From Pseudomonas phage 201phi2-1, in the sequence record NC_010821.1: a stretch of 32,000 nt of DNA, one strand, 5' to 3'. Numbering within the stretch: position 1 is the first letter of the stretch; every line of letters begins with the position of its first letter. The translations under genes and the position numbers were made by a program. Under the pieces are notes generated by a model, which saw nothing but the letters and a program-made list of their open reading frames with translations, had not been told where the DNA came from and made no database searches. Shown here one piece after another: positions 1 through 11,933 of the stretch.

Positions 1-100
1 AAAGATCTGGACATCCCCAGAAGATCAACTGGGTCTGTTCCATCGGGAAGGATTCACTAACATCACCATGGCTATGTTAACACAGGACACTCCAAAATGA
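1..100 (+). CDS. C-terminal end of a protein truncated by the left window edge (…KIWTSPEDQLGLFHREGFTNITMAMLTQDTPK*)
   Basis: Open frame 2 from the window edge to TGA 98-100, overlapping the ATG of the next gene as ATGA. Not in the ORF track. Confidence 0.55.
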   Translation, partial: KIWTSPEDQLGLFHREGFTNITMAMLTQDTPK

Positions 101-504
101 GTCACGCTTATGCGATGGTAGCTAAACACCTGATGGCGATCAGCACTAATTTCGACAACGGGGTTCCTTATCACTACACTGATCCAGCTAAAGTTGAACA
201 GATTAAAGCTTTGGTAACTAAGTGTGCAGAAAAGCTAGACTATGGTCTACCGACTTGTGGTACAGCTCACCTTCGCATGAACGTCATTGTTAAAGAATCC
301 CCTAACAAGGAATCTTGGCAGTACTCAGGGGGTGTGCTGACGTCCCATGATGTTGACGCTCAGATTGAAGCTGCCTGTCAACGAACCCTGAAAGCTAATC
401 CGGGTAAAGTGGTTAAAGATAAATTGTTGACGTGTCACATTCTAAATGAATGGGGTCGTTACTCCGTAGTGTTCGATTTGGTTATTACGGTAGGATTGGA
501 ATGA
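97..504 (+). CDS. Hypothetical protein, 135 aa
   Basis: ATG start, coupled overlaps on both sides. Confidence 0.8.
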   Translation: MSHAYAMVAKHLMAISTNFDNGVPYHYTDPAKVEQIKALVTKCAEKLDYGLPTCGTAHLRMNVIVKESPNKESWQYSGGVLTSHDVDAQIEAACQRTLKANPGKVVKDKLLTCHILNEWGRYSVVFDLVITVGLE

Positions 505-893
505 GTGATCTTAGTGAGATGGTTGAAGCCTTGACTTTGGGTATGGCGCGTAATGCACATTTCCATGAGTGGCTTCCTAAGATGGATAGCGTTGTAGTTA
601 GCTACAGTTCAGAGGAAGTCTTCCAAGCATTTCAAACCGCTTATTACCTGCAACATGGTGAACACTTTTGCTACACGATTACAGACTGGCTTAAACTAGA
701 CGTGGAGAGTAAAGCTCAGTTGATTGGCGAGAAAGTCATGTTGATCAAACCCCGAAATGAGATGCAGGGTATTGGTGGAAGTATTCTATTTAATACTCGA
801 CGTTACTATACACAACGTGGTAACGAGTTCATCGTGCTGAAAGACGCAACTGCCGAAACCGGTAAACCGTACACCCCATCATTTAGCTATTGA
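501..893 (+). CDS. Hypothetical protein (MSDLSEM…)
   Basis: ORF track 450..893; ATG at 501 overlaps the upstream TGA as ATGA and is the likelier start. Confidence 0.8.
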   Translation: MSDLSEMVEALTLGMARNAHFHEWLPKMDSVVVSYSSEEVFQAFQTAYYLQHGEHFCYTITDWLKLDVESKAQLIGEKVMLIKPRNEMQGIGGSILFNTRRYYTQRGNEFIVLKDATAETGKPYTPSFSY

Positions 894-900
894 GGTTTAT

Positions 901-1518
901 ATGTACCCAACTAAAGCCGATTACAAAGCCGCTGTGAATGGTGAGAAGCCATGGCCAGTTAGTCCTACTCCAGTTGATTTTGAAGTACCCGAAGTTAAAG
1001 GTGTCGTATTGAAAGATTCTTTAAAAGTCCCTGATGTACCCGGCGAGGAAGACGGATTCACTAATCACGAATACCGTCTTAATCAAGGTGGTTTGAATGG
1101 CGGTGACTTGTTGGGTACCAGACAGGTGTCTAACCGTGTCATTGTAATCGCCCCAACTATTGAAGACGTCGTAAAGTTCAGTGCTGCACTACCTGAATTT
1201 TTCCGTGTTCATCACCCGATTTCGTTGCCCGATGCAATCGAGCAGAACATTCGACCTGAGCCATGTCAGATCATCCACGTTACACGTGAAGAAGTTAATA
1301 CTTACCGTGATGAAAAACGTGGTCGTGTATTCTTCCTAGCCTACGCTATATTCGAAAACATCGAAGGTTATGGTGGTTGGGTGGATCTACGTGACCAGAA
1401 TGATTGTAAATGGGGTCGTAATCCAGTACGCCATGCACCAGGGTGCACCCGTTCGTTCCAAGTCCTCAACGGTGAAACTACCATCGAAGAAATCAAAGCC
1501 AAGTGTGGTTTCCAATGA
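901..1518 (+). CDS. Hypothetical protein, 205 aa
   Basis: ATG start, dense + strand packing. Confidence 0.8.
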   Translation: MYPTKADYKAAVNGEKPWPVSPTPVDFEVPEVKGVVLKDSLKVPDVPGEEDGFTNHEYRLNQGGLNGGDLLGTRQVSNRVIVIAPTIEDVVKFSAALPEFFRVHHPISLPDAIEQNIRPEPCQIIHVTREEVNTYRDEKRGRVFFLAYAIFENIEGYGGWVDLRDQNDCKWGRNPVRHAPGCTRSFQVLNGETTIEEIKAKCGFQ

Positions 1519-1661
1519 AGACTGGTAATTCAAAGCTATTCAGAAAGCTATCGCTCAATCGCCGAAGCAACCGAGTTAGCTCGGCCGCTCGGAACCCATC
1601 TAAATTGTCAACCCCTATCCCTAACTGGTGGAAGGCGGTTAATGTTAAGGACTCTCTATGA
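1515..1661 (+). CDS. Small basic protein, 48 aa (MKTGNSKLFRKLSLNRRSNRVSSAARNPSKLSTPIPNWWKAVNVKDSL)
   Basis: Fills the gap exactly with ATGA overlaps at both ends (1515 and 1658). Not in the ORF track. Confidence 0.6.
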   Translation: MKTGNSKLFRKLSLNRRSNRVSSAARNPSKLSTPIPNWWKAVNVKDSL

Positions 1662-1999
1662 GAAGAGGCGGTTATAAACAAGTTCCCCGTGAATGGTCAC
1701 AAGACGCCATTCACAAAATGATTCAAGCAGTCTACCACCTAAAGTATTACCTACCACGTCGTGATCGTCAGGAACCATTTGAGATCACCTATAATGACGT
1801 GACCATAATGTTCTATCCTAATGGGATTGACTATGGCATCGGTCAAGGTCCTAACGGATACCTTAACCAGATTAAGTGGGAGAACATCACTCATGGCGAT
1901 GCCCTCGTACCAACAGTAAGTAACCTCACACCGTTGATTGAGACAGTTCGTAACGGTTTGGGTCCCCTCCTCAGACATTGGCTGGATACTACAGAATGA
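1658..1999 (+). CDS. Hypothetical protein, 113 aa
   Basis: ATG start, coupled overlaps. Confidence 0.75.
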   Translation: MRRGGYKQVPREWSQDAIHKMIQAVYHLKYYLPRRDRQEPFEITYNDVTIMFYPNGIDYGIGQGPNGYLNQIKWENITHGDALVPTVSNLTPLIETVRNGLGPLLRHWLDTTE

Positions 2000-2415
2000 C
2001 AGTGAATATATCACATAAATTCCCGCACGACTACGATGAAGACGAATACATTGAGTCCGTGAAGAATAATCCATCGACCAAGCTTTTTGATGAACATGAT
2101 CTACGTACAGACTATCGTCTGCGCAAAGCCGGTGTAGCTGGACTCCTAGAAGAAGCCGGTCGTTACATTAAAGATCTGGTGACCTCTGATGGAGAGCTAA
2201 CTGTAGAGAAAGTCGACTTTGATAATTTTGTTAACCAACGACTGGGTTCGGTAGCAAGTGCACTTGATGGTAATATGCCATCCACTCGTTGGGTGGTATT
2301 AGATTATCAATTTGAGGTAATCAAAGATCCAACTACAGGTAAAGTCGAATTACTTGAAGAAACTCGACCTGTTGGGAGTATAGCTACTGCCTATTGGGAT
2401 CTGGTGAACGGATAA
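1996..2415 (+). CDS. Hypothetical protein; member of the YWxxV(S/N)(N/G) C-terminal-signature family (ends IATAYWDLVNG)
   Basis: ATG at 1996 in an ATGA overlap; C-terminus matches the cluster at 24123-27786. Confidence 0.75.
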   Translation: MTVNISHKFPHDYDEDEYIESVKNNPSTKLFDEHDLRTDYRLRKAGVAGLLEEAGRYIKDLVTSDGELTVEKVDFDNFVNQRLGSVASALDGNMPSTRWVVLDYQFEVIKDPTTGKVELLEETRPVGSIATAYWDLVNG

Positions 2416-2464
2416 TTTACTACATTAGCTAATAATGTACACCATCCATTCAAAGGTTAACTAA

Positions 2465-3052
2465 ATGACAATTCTTGCAGACTGGCAGATCCATACCCTG
2501 TGTACTGGTGACAAGCCAATGATCACCCCATTCCACGCTGAGAAAATGCGATACATCGGCGATGGGATTCGGGTACCTTCTTTCGGTCTTTCGAGCTACG
2601 GTTATGATATCTCGATCTCTGATAAAGGGTTGAAGCTGTTTACTGACGTACACTGTATCGAAGTAGACCCACGCAATATTGATCCACGTATTTACATCGA
2701 ACCTGTAATCAAGTACGCCAATGATGGCGCGCCATATGTATCGTTACCACCTAACGGCTTCCTGTTGGGTCATACGCTTGAATGGTTCGACATGCCTAAT
2801 AACGTATTGGGTAACTGCCTAGGTAAGTCTACTTACGCTCGTGGTGCAGTATCGGTTATCGTTACACCACTGGAACCTGACTGGTCCGGTAATCTGGTTG
2901 TGGAAGTAGTAAACAACTGCAACCTACCAGTGCGCGTGTATTTGAACTGTGGTATCGCACAGGTCCTGTTCTTCCAAGGTGAACCATGTGACTCCGGTTA
3001 TGGTGACGGGAAGTATCAGGGACAAAAGGGTACTCAAGACGCAATTGCTTAA
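2465..3052 (+). CDS. dcd: dCTP deaminase (Dcd/DUTPase superfamily)
   Basis: MTILADWQI…SSYGYDISIS…LGKSTYARGAVSVIVTPLEPDWSGNLVVEVVNN…IAQVLFF is the dCTP deaminase pattern (KSxYAR; Glu in the xxVEVxN segment). Confidence 0.95.
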   Translation: MTILADWQIHTLCTGDKPMITPFHAEKMRYIGDGIRVPSFGLSSYGYDISISDKGLKLFTDVHCIEVDPRNIDPRIYIEPVIKYANDGAPYVSLPPNGFLLGHTLEWFDMPNNVLGNCLGKSTYARGAVSVIVTPLEPDWSGNLVVEVVNNCNLPVRVYLNCGIAQVLFFQGEPCDSGYGDGKYQGQKGTQDAIA

Positions 3053-3058
3053 TTAACG

Positions 3059-3080
3059 GGGGTTCTTCGGAACCCCTTTT
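3059..3080 (+). terminator. Rho-independent terminator
   Basis: GGGGTTC-TTCG-GAACCCC-TTTT directly after dcd. Confidence 0.9.
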
Positions 3081-3106
3081 ATATCGTCTTTTATTTGGAT
3101 TTGATT

Positions 3107-6104
<2,998 letters not shown>

Positions 6105-6112
6105 GGTGTGTA

Positions 6113-7219
6113 ATGCAGTGGCTTAAAAAACTGTTTGGTGGCGAACCTTGTGGTACCGGTGGCGATGAACCTAAGAAAGAACCATTTACTATCATGTCGC
6201 TGTATGACAAGATCGTAAAGGATGCGTATCAATACCCTACCCATGTTGGTCGACTTGAACTGGAATATAAATTACCCCACGGTGAGCACGTATACAAGCG
6301 GGATGTGGTTCTTAAATTTGACCCTAAGGAATGTGAGATCAAGTATTGCCGTATCGACTGTAACGATTTCTCCGTGTTTACCTTCCGGCTAGACGATCTT
6401 CGTAAACACATTATTAACACTGGCAGTGAGCACGTTTATGAACTTGATCGATATAACCTTGAGTTCAAGTTGAGTTGGGTTAACTACGCTGAGATGGAAA
6501 AGCTAACGGCATTGGGTGTACGGGCTCTACTGGAAGAAACTCCACTTGGGACAGCACTTCGAGCATTCAATCACCTGTACATGGTCAGTAATGACGCACC
6601 GGATGAGTCCGCCTTGTATCTAACTCATATAGGTGGTCATCGCAGTGTCCCACATTGGGTGACAGACAGTTATTACCATTTCGGTAAGGTGAGTGAGACT
6701 AGTACCTTACCTTCGTTGATTGTAACTGATGACCGTATTTGTGACGTGAAGTATCTCCCGATGGATCATCACCGACGTTGGGTCACTTTCACAGAGACTA
6801 CTGGCCAGGGGGTTGTTACCATCGTACCGACTGAGAGCTTTACTGGTAAAGTGATTAGTTGTGACGTGGTATTCGATCTTGACGATCCAGCTATGGCTGG
6901 TGTGAGTGTCAACGTCTGTAAACTGTTGTACGATGCATGTGGTGACCTATGGCGCGATAGGTTTAAAGAACTCTACGGAGGTGCAGCGAAAAATAACTCC
7001 GCACTCGCCCTGATTCTCGAACCAAAAGACTTGAAAGTTAAATGGGGTGGAATCCATTACAATCTGTGGGATTTCATATACGACCAAATTGAGAAATTCG
7101 ATCCTGAGAAACGACCTTACATCCTTACTAATGTATCGCCAGTCAACATCCTAGAAAACATCTTCGGTATTGATCGGCATGGTAATATGACCTTTAAACC
7201 AGCAGAGGCGCAACAATGA
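6113..7219 (+). CDS. Hypothetical protein, 368 aa
   Basis: Long ORF, coupled to the next gene (ATGA). Confidence 0.85.
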   Translation: MQWLKKLFGGEPCGTGGDEPKKEPFTIMSLYDKIVKDAYQYPTHVGRLELEYKLPHGEHVYKRDVVLKFDPKECEIKYCRIDCNDFSVFTFRLDDLRKHIINTGSEHVYELDRYNLEFKLSWVNYAEMEKLTALGVRALLEETPLGTALRAFNHLYMVSNDAPDESALYLTHIGGHRSVPHWVTDSYYHFGKVSETSTLPSLIVTDDRICDVKYLPMDHHRRWVTFTETTGQGVVTIVPTESFTGKVISCDVVFDLDDPAMAGVSVNVCKLLYDACGDLWRDRFKELYGGAAKNNSALALILEPKDLKVKWGGIHYNLWDFIYDQIEKFDPEKRPYILTNVSPVNILENIFGIDRHGNMTFKPAEAQQ

Positions 7220-8247
7220 GTGTTATCGGTGACATTAAGAAATACCTTACTCATCAGTTTACTGATCCTACGGTATTCTTGGGTATTGCCCAGATGCTTC
7301 AAGCGGGTATTCCAATCGTAAAGGTACGTTATCGTAATGTACCAGAACCTCGATATTACATGGGCACTGGCGAGCGTTATGGTAACGGTGTGGGTAAACA
7401 TGCTCGTTGGATGATGACGGTAACCCACTTCAAACAACACGATGATGGCATTAGTCGTTTGGAACCTGAGATTAGTCCTTGGATGGACCAACGCGAGTTG
7501 GATCTTTTGCTCCAATGGCACAACTATGATATCCATGTGATGGAAGCCACCTTCGTATCAGCTGTAACAGCTGAGGATCAGGTCGACATCATCAAGGATA
7601 TCGTACGTCGTTTGAAGCCTGGTCAAGGTTACAACTATAGCGGTTCTGAGATCAAGACTGATTGCATCCAACCGGACGGTTATCTGATCCATACCGGTAG
7701 CCATAAACGAATCGTACCTGAACGATTCATTAATACTGGTCTGGTATTCCCACGAGATCAATTCGGCAATGACTTCAAAACGAAGAACTTGTTCGTAGCC
7801 GATGAGAAGCGTATTAGACGTCAACATCGTTCGAACAAAGATCTCCATCGGTGGCTGGTGGTTAAACCAGTGGTCAGTGTAAATGATCAATGGGCTATTA
7901 AATACACCAATGGTCACACAGCACATGCACCGGTACATTATTACAGTGTCGATATTGACATTGATAATAAAGCCATGAAGGGCCACCCCTTCTATATCCG
8001 TGAACTGGTAGAACAGGCCCTTAAGGACATTCATGCGATACACTCCGATGGTGACTACGTTTTCAATCCAGATAACGTTTTGATCACATGGGACGGTCGT
8101 TCAGAAACCCTCCCTAAATGGTTAGAACGCGCAGCGCGGTATCGTGCTTCTAATGATGAGGAACCGATCATCATCACTGAGAATTTCAATGGTGAAGTTG
8201 ATTTCGGTTACTATAATAATGTAAAACTAACTTTGGGGAATAAATAA
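7216..8247 (+). CDS. Hypothetical protein, 343 aa
   Basis: Long ORF with ATGA overlap; the next gene starts at 8247. Confidence 0.85.
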   Translation: MSVIGDIKKYLTHQFTDPTVFLGIAQMLQAGIPIVKVRYRNVPEPRYYMGTGERYGNGVGKHARWMMTVTHFKQHDDGISRLEPEISPWMDQRELDLLLQWHNYDIHVMEATFVSAVTAEDQVDIIKDIVRRLKPGQGYNYSGSEIKTDCIQPDGYLIHTGSHKRIVPERFINTGLVFPRDQFGNDFKTKNLFVADEKRIRRQHRSNKDLHRWLVVKPVVSVNDQWAIKYTNGHTAHAPVHYYSVDIDIDNKAMKGHPFYIRELVEQALKDIHAIHSDGDYVFNPDNVLITWDGRSETLPKWLERAARYRASNDEEPIIITENFNGEVDFGYYNNVKLTLGNK

Positions 8248-8486
8248 TGACACGTACACGACTCGAGAAAAAATTGCTGAAAGACTACCTCCATTCACAA
8301 AGCTTTGTTGAGTGGTTCCAAGACTTCCGTGGTGCACTACTGGAAACCTTGGAAGAGAACAATGATCCTCGGGTTATCATCCGTCAGTTCAAGAACCGTA
8401 TGGTTAAACGGGGTAACCGTAATGTGTGGTTCCGTCGTACGCGGATGGCACATTACGTTAAAGTGGCATTGGACCTCGATCTGTAA
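8247..8486 (+). CDS. Small basic hypothetical protein, 79 aa
   Basis: TAATG overlap with the upstream gene. Confidence 0.75.
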   Translation: MTRTRLEKKLLKDYLHSQSFVEWFQDFRGALLETLEENNDPRVIIRQFKNRMVKRGNRNVWFRRTRMAHYVKVALDLDL

Positions 8487-8491
8487 CCAAT

Positions 8492-8510
8492 CCTGTAGTC
8501 TAACTACAGG
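8492..8510 (+). other. Intercistronic hairpin CCTGTAG-TCTAA-CTACAGG
   Basis: Perfect 7-bp inverted repeat in the 33-nt gap before the ATG at 8520; no T tract. Confidence 0.6.
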
Positions 8511-8519
8511 GGCTACACC

Positions 8520-8927
8520 ATGACCTTTAATGTTGTTGAAACAGTGGTTGATCTGAACTATCGGTTCAACCGCACCTACTACGAACACGGGGATAACCTA
8601 GTTAAAGTAGGTAATAAAGATTGGGGATTCACTGACGCGGATATTGTAGAGATCAAGTTGTATGGTTGGCAAGCTAAAGAACAGAAACTTAAGTTCTATA
8701 AAGAACGTAACTATGTTCAGCAAGACCGATTGATCTTTACGATCTTTGATGAATACACTAACCTGATTCAAACTGAACTGCATGTAATCCTTTCTGAGAA
8801 AAGAACTTACTGGCGTGAGAACCGCGAGACCCGTGGTCGCACGTTCCCTAATTTCTCATTAAAGCTTAAGATCATTCAAGATCCAAACAAGAAGACTTAC
8901 GTGTGGTCTGGGGAGTATTGGGGATGA
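8520..8927 (+). CDS. Hypothetical protein, 135 aa
   Basis: ATG start; overlaps the next gene as ATGA. Confidence 0.75.
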   Translation: MTFNVVETVVDLNYRFNRTYYEHGDNLVKVGNKDWGFTDADIVEIKLYGWQAKEQKLKFYKERNYVQQDRLIFTIFDEYTNLIQTELHVILSEKRTYWRENRETRGRTFPNFSLKLKIIQDPNKKTYVWSGEYWG

Positions 8928-9352
8928 AGTCATCAACGCGTATCACGATACCTATTATCCACGGTGTTAATGGTTGCATCATGGATTTCCCATTTACACG
9001 TCAGGGTGAGACTAGGTTGGCTCCAATCAAATGGATTACACCTATCGAAGTTGAATACCCTGATGGATGGGCCATCTTTAAACTGAAAACCGTTCCTACC
9101 TTGATCCTTTATGAAGACCATAAAGAGTTCGAGATATGGGATCAGTACATGATGTCCAAACCTAAGTTGGTAGGTCGAGTTAAAATCAACTGCACTACCG
9201 ATTATTATGAAGTCGAACTTGAACCTAAGTACAGGTGTTTCCGACTGAGTATGATTCTGTTGGTACACCATAACCCACAGGAACCTTTTTATACCAATGC
9301 GTTTCGTAACCGTACTCCGTATGGTGAGTGGCGCTATAAGGATGTTATCTAA
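8924..9352 (+). CDS. Hypothetical protein (MKSSTRITIP…)
   Basis: Track ORF 8903..9352; ATG at 8924 in an ATGA overlap preferred. Confidence 0.75.
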   Translation: MKSSTRITIPIIHGVNGCIMDFPFTRQGETRLAPIKWITPIEVEYPDGWAIFKLKTVPTLILYEDHKEFEIWDQYMMSKPKLVGRVKINCTTDYYEVELEPKYRCFRLSMILLVHHNPQEPFYTNAFRNRTPYGEWRYKDVI

Positions 9353-9601
9353 ATGTGGAACGATCCGTTAATCACCCCAAAGCCGGCTGCCAGGCCACCA
9401 GCACCAAAGGCACCACCACGGAAACCGGCTAAGAAGAAGCCTAAACCAAAGCCTAGGCCTAAGTCCACTGCTAAGTTGGAGAAAGACCTAGCTACCCTAA
9501 AAGAGTTGACTAAGTCTCAAGGTATCCAGCTTGCACGTTTGGGTGAGATCGTTACCAACCTTCAGTTGAATCATATTGATCGAATCGCGGTGGATACATG
9601 A
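9353..9601 (+). CDS. Pro/Lys-rich N-terminus plus short coiled coil, 82 aa
   Basis: KPAARPPAPKAPPRKPAKKKPKPKPRPK followed by heptad-like LEKDLATLKELTKSQGIQLARLGEIVTNL. Confidence 0.75.
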   Translation: MWNDPLITPKPAARPPAPKAPPRKPAKKKPKPKPRPKSTAKLEKDLATLKELTKSQGIQLARLGEIVTNLQLNHIDRIAVDT

Positions 9602-9921
9602 ATGACTTATGGGAATTGTTAAAGAAAGTCTTTTGTTCGAAGCGTAGTGAAGGGCACCATAAGAAACTTCATGACGCTTGTACACGCAAACCTTTACCTG
9701 ATAAGGCTCCACCTGGACCACCTAAGATCAATAAAGTTACTACCGTAAGGCTTGAGGTCGATATGGCAAAACAAACTAAGAAAGATAAGATTGTTGAACT
9801 AGAACGTGAACTCAAAGACCTGCGTCAACAATCTGAGAATCAAACAGCTTTGTTGGAAGTTATCGTTAAAGAGTTGTCTGGTCTACGCCGTGATCTCTCA
9901 CACCTACTCCCGGAGAAATAA
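9598..9921 (+). CDS. Predicted coiled-coil protein, 107 aa
   Basis: ATGA overlap; IVELERELKDLRQQSENQTALLEVIVKELSGLRRDL heptads. Confidence 0.75.
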   Translation: MNDLWELLKKVFCSKRSEGHHKKLHDACTRKPLPDKAPPGPPKINKVTTVRLEVDMAKQTKKDKIVELERELKDLRQQSENQTALLEVIVKELSGLRRDLSHLLPEK

Positions 9922-9923
9922 GA

Positions 9924-10739
9924 ATGGCAATTGCAGTAGTTAACCATAGTGATCTTGTTAAGTTCACCGATGACTTGGGGTTTCCTAAGTACACCAAAGT
10001 AAAACTGGAACCGGGTGGTATTGGTTATCAGTATTACGATAAATGGGTACGCGAGAACGTGCAGTGGATTGACCTCATCAACCTAGATCCATCGGTACAT
10101 GTACGTATCACTGAATCGGCTCAATTGGTTGGCGAAATCCCTGAGGCGTGGAATCTCCGCCACCAACAGTTCCTTGAAGGTACCGAAGAACTAAACTCCT
10201 TTAAGGCAATCAGTACCGAGATCGATGGCGTTCCAATTGAGATTGAAACCCACGTGAACCGTAATGCCATTAAAGTAGCCGTAACTACAACTGAGTTGAA
10301 ATACAAGGTTGATTACGTCAAGTCTTTTGAAGGTGATGTACTCAATGAGAACCATTTGGTAATTGCCGTATTCGATTCTCCAGAAGATACTAGCATTAGC
10401 TATACGACGGAACTACCTGTTGACGTAATCTGGACAACTAAAGTTGACCACGTTGACGAAGGTGGTGTCGAGGTACCGTACCTTTTCAAACGGGCTTATT
10501 ACAACGATCCAGTGAAGGAAGAATCACATCCATGGATCTACGTGGGTAGCCTAACCGACGAAGAATACGAGATCTGGAAAGAGTACAATATCGAGAAACC
10601 TAAGACACTCGAAGATATGCTCGATACGGATTTCCGTGGTATTGATGAATCAAAAGTAAAAGCCGCCGCTGAATCTACCTTAACGTTGGCTAATGCTATT
10701 GGCGATGCCCGTAAAGGTATCAGTCATTTAGCTAGTTAA
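9924..10739 (+). CDS. Hypothetical protein, 271 aa
   Basis: RBS-like GGAG upstream, terminator downstream. Confidence 0.85.
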   Translation: MAIAVVNHSDLVKFTDDLGFPKYTKVKLEPGGIGYQYYDKWVRENVQWIDLINLDPSVHVRITESAQLVGEIPEAWNLRHQQFLEGTEELNSFKAISTEIDGVPIEIETHVNRNAIKVAVTTTELKYKVDYVKSFEGDVLNENHLVIAVFDSPEDTSISYTTELPVDVIWTTKVDHVDEGGVEVPYLFKRAYYNDPVKEESHPWIYVGSLTDEEYEIWKEYNIEKPKTLEDMLDTDFRGIDESKVKAAAESTLTLANAIGDARKGISHLAS

Positions 10740-10745
10740 ATTAGT

Positions 10746-10770
10746 CCTCCCTTCGGGGAGGATTTATTCT
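10746..10770 (+). terminator. Rho-independent terminator
   Basis: TCCTCCC-TTCG-GGGAGGA followed by TTTATTC. Confidence 0.85.
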
Positions 10771-10789
10771 GTTTTGGAGTGGGTTAACA

Positions 10790-11032
10790 ATGCTTAAAAT
10801 ATTTGAGTTGATCTCATTAAATACATGGTTTCGTAAATTTGCCGCTGAATATAAAGTGGCCAAAGTTAAGTTGCTTCAACGTGAATTGGCATCGTGCAAT
10901 AAACGTTTAACTGATATCATCCAGCTAGCTAATGCGAACCCCACTGTAGACTACTCAGGGAAGATCATTGGATACTGTGATCTGATTCGACATTACGAAT
11001 GTAAGCTTATTAATAATGGCGTACAGATTTAA
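10790..11032 (+). CDS. Hypothetical protein, 80 aa
   Basis: ATG with upstream GGAG, between terminators. Confidence 0.7.
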   Translation: MLKIFELISLNTWFRKFAAEYKVAKVKLLQRELASCNKRLTDIIQLANANPTVDYSGKIIGYCDLIRHYECKLINNGVQI

Positions 11033-11068
11033 CACTATAGTCTGCCCTCAATAACAAAGGTTTAACGG

Positions 11069-11437
11069 ATGCTAAGTTTAACACACGTAACACGACTGAT
11101 GCTATTAACTGGAGCTTTGATGTTCCCTACAATGGCACACAGCGTTCAACAGGTTTTCGTTGATCAGCTTTATTGTGATGGTCTAGCTGATATGGCTAAG
11201 GCTGGAGCAGAAGCTAAGCAACGAGGTGAGTCACTTCAACAGTGGCGAAACAACATGTTGGCCATGAAAGGCTACGGCGTGCGCAACGAAGATAACGTTC
11301 TTTTCCGCGTTCTGCCACAAGCAATTGAAGAAGCTGGTGAAGTCTATAAGGCAAAGCGTCCTCCGGTTGCCACCTACATCGCTACTTATAAAGCTTGCAT
11401 GGTATCAGACTTCGGTCATACCAAAATACTGCGATAA
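11069..11437 (+). CDS. Predicted exported protein with two cysteines, 122 aa
   Basis: Signal-peptide-like N-terminus MLSLTHVTRLMLLTGALMFPTMAHS; Cys in LYCDGLADMA and YKACM. Confidence 0.8.
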   Translation: MLSLTHVTRLMLLTGALMFPTMAHSVQQVFVDQLYCDGLADMAKAGAEAKQRGESLQQWRNNMLAMKGYGVRNEDNVLFRVLPQAIEEAGEVYKAKRPPVATYIATYKACMVSDFGHTKILR

Positions 11438-11442
11438 AACAT

Positions 11443-11467
11443 CCCCTCCGAAAGGAGGGGCTTTATT
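11443..11467 (+). terminator. Rho-independent terminator
   Basis: CCCCTCC-GAAA-GGAGGGG-CTTTATT. Confidence 0.85.
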
Positions 11468-11481
11468 TCGAGGATGCCTTC

Positions 11482-11694
11482 ATGACTTTGCTAAATAAGG
11501 TTTACTTTTTTGTGATTCTACCACTTTGGTTAGGCTCAGCTAGCCTTAACATATATGCGTTCTTCAAGAAACGTACTGTACGTAGTCCAATGTTCAGACG
11601 TTGGAATCTAACCCATAGTGTCACTCAGGTGACCACCATCCTATTCGGTCTCTTAGTAGGTTTCCTAGGGGCTGAAGTTTATCGAAACTGGTGA
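11482..11694 (+). CDS. Small membrane protein with two predicted TM segments, 70 aa
   Basis: Track ORF begins at 11395 but would run through the terminator; ATG at 11482 has GAGG upstream. Confidence 0.75.
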   Translation: MTLLNKVYFFVILPLWLGSASLNIYAFFKKRTVRSPMFRRWNLTHSVTQVTTILFGLLVGFLGAEVYRNW

Positions 11695-11699
11695 ATTAA

Positions 11700-11933
11700 A
11701 TGTTTGAATACCTTAACGCTAAATTGATTCAACCTTTCCTACTCCGTCGTAAGTTGGCTAAACTCAAATTACTGCGAGAAGAATACGAGATACACAAATG
11801 GGCGTACGGTACCAGTGTACCTAATGAACGTAGTAAATGGTGTGATAAAAGAGCCAGTGCTATTAAGAATGAAATCCTTAATCTACTGACCGATGACGCC
11901 TACCCGTGGAACGCTGAGAATAAGGCTAAGTAA
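11700..11933 (+). CDS. Hypothetical protein, 77 aa
   Basis: ATG start, TAATG junction with the next gene. Confidence 0.7.
   Translation: MFEYLNAKLIQPFLLRRKLAKLKLLREEYEIHKWAYGTSVPNERSKWCDKRASAIKNEILNLLTDDAYPWNAENKAK

Noticed and set aside
1493-1681. Minus-strand ORFs throughout (1493, 1751, 2862, 3113, 3490, 4269, 4797, 5438, 6044, 6229, 7117, 7558, 8598, 12583, 13140, 13613, 14500, 14916, 15282, 17094, 20983, etc.)
   Set aside because: They lie antisense to well-supported + strand genes (ligA, thyA, RNA ligase and others), lack RBS or dedicated terminators, and their lengths fit fortuitous antisense openness.
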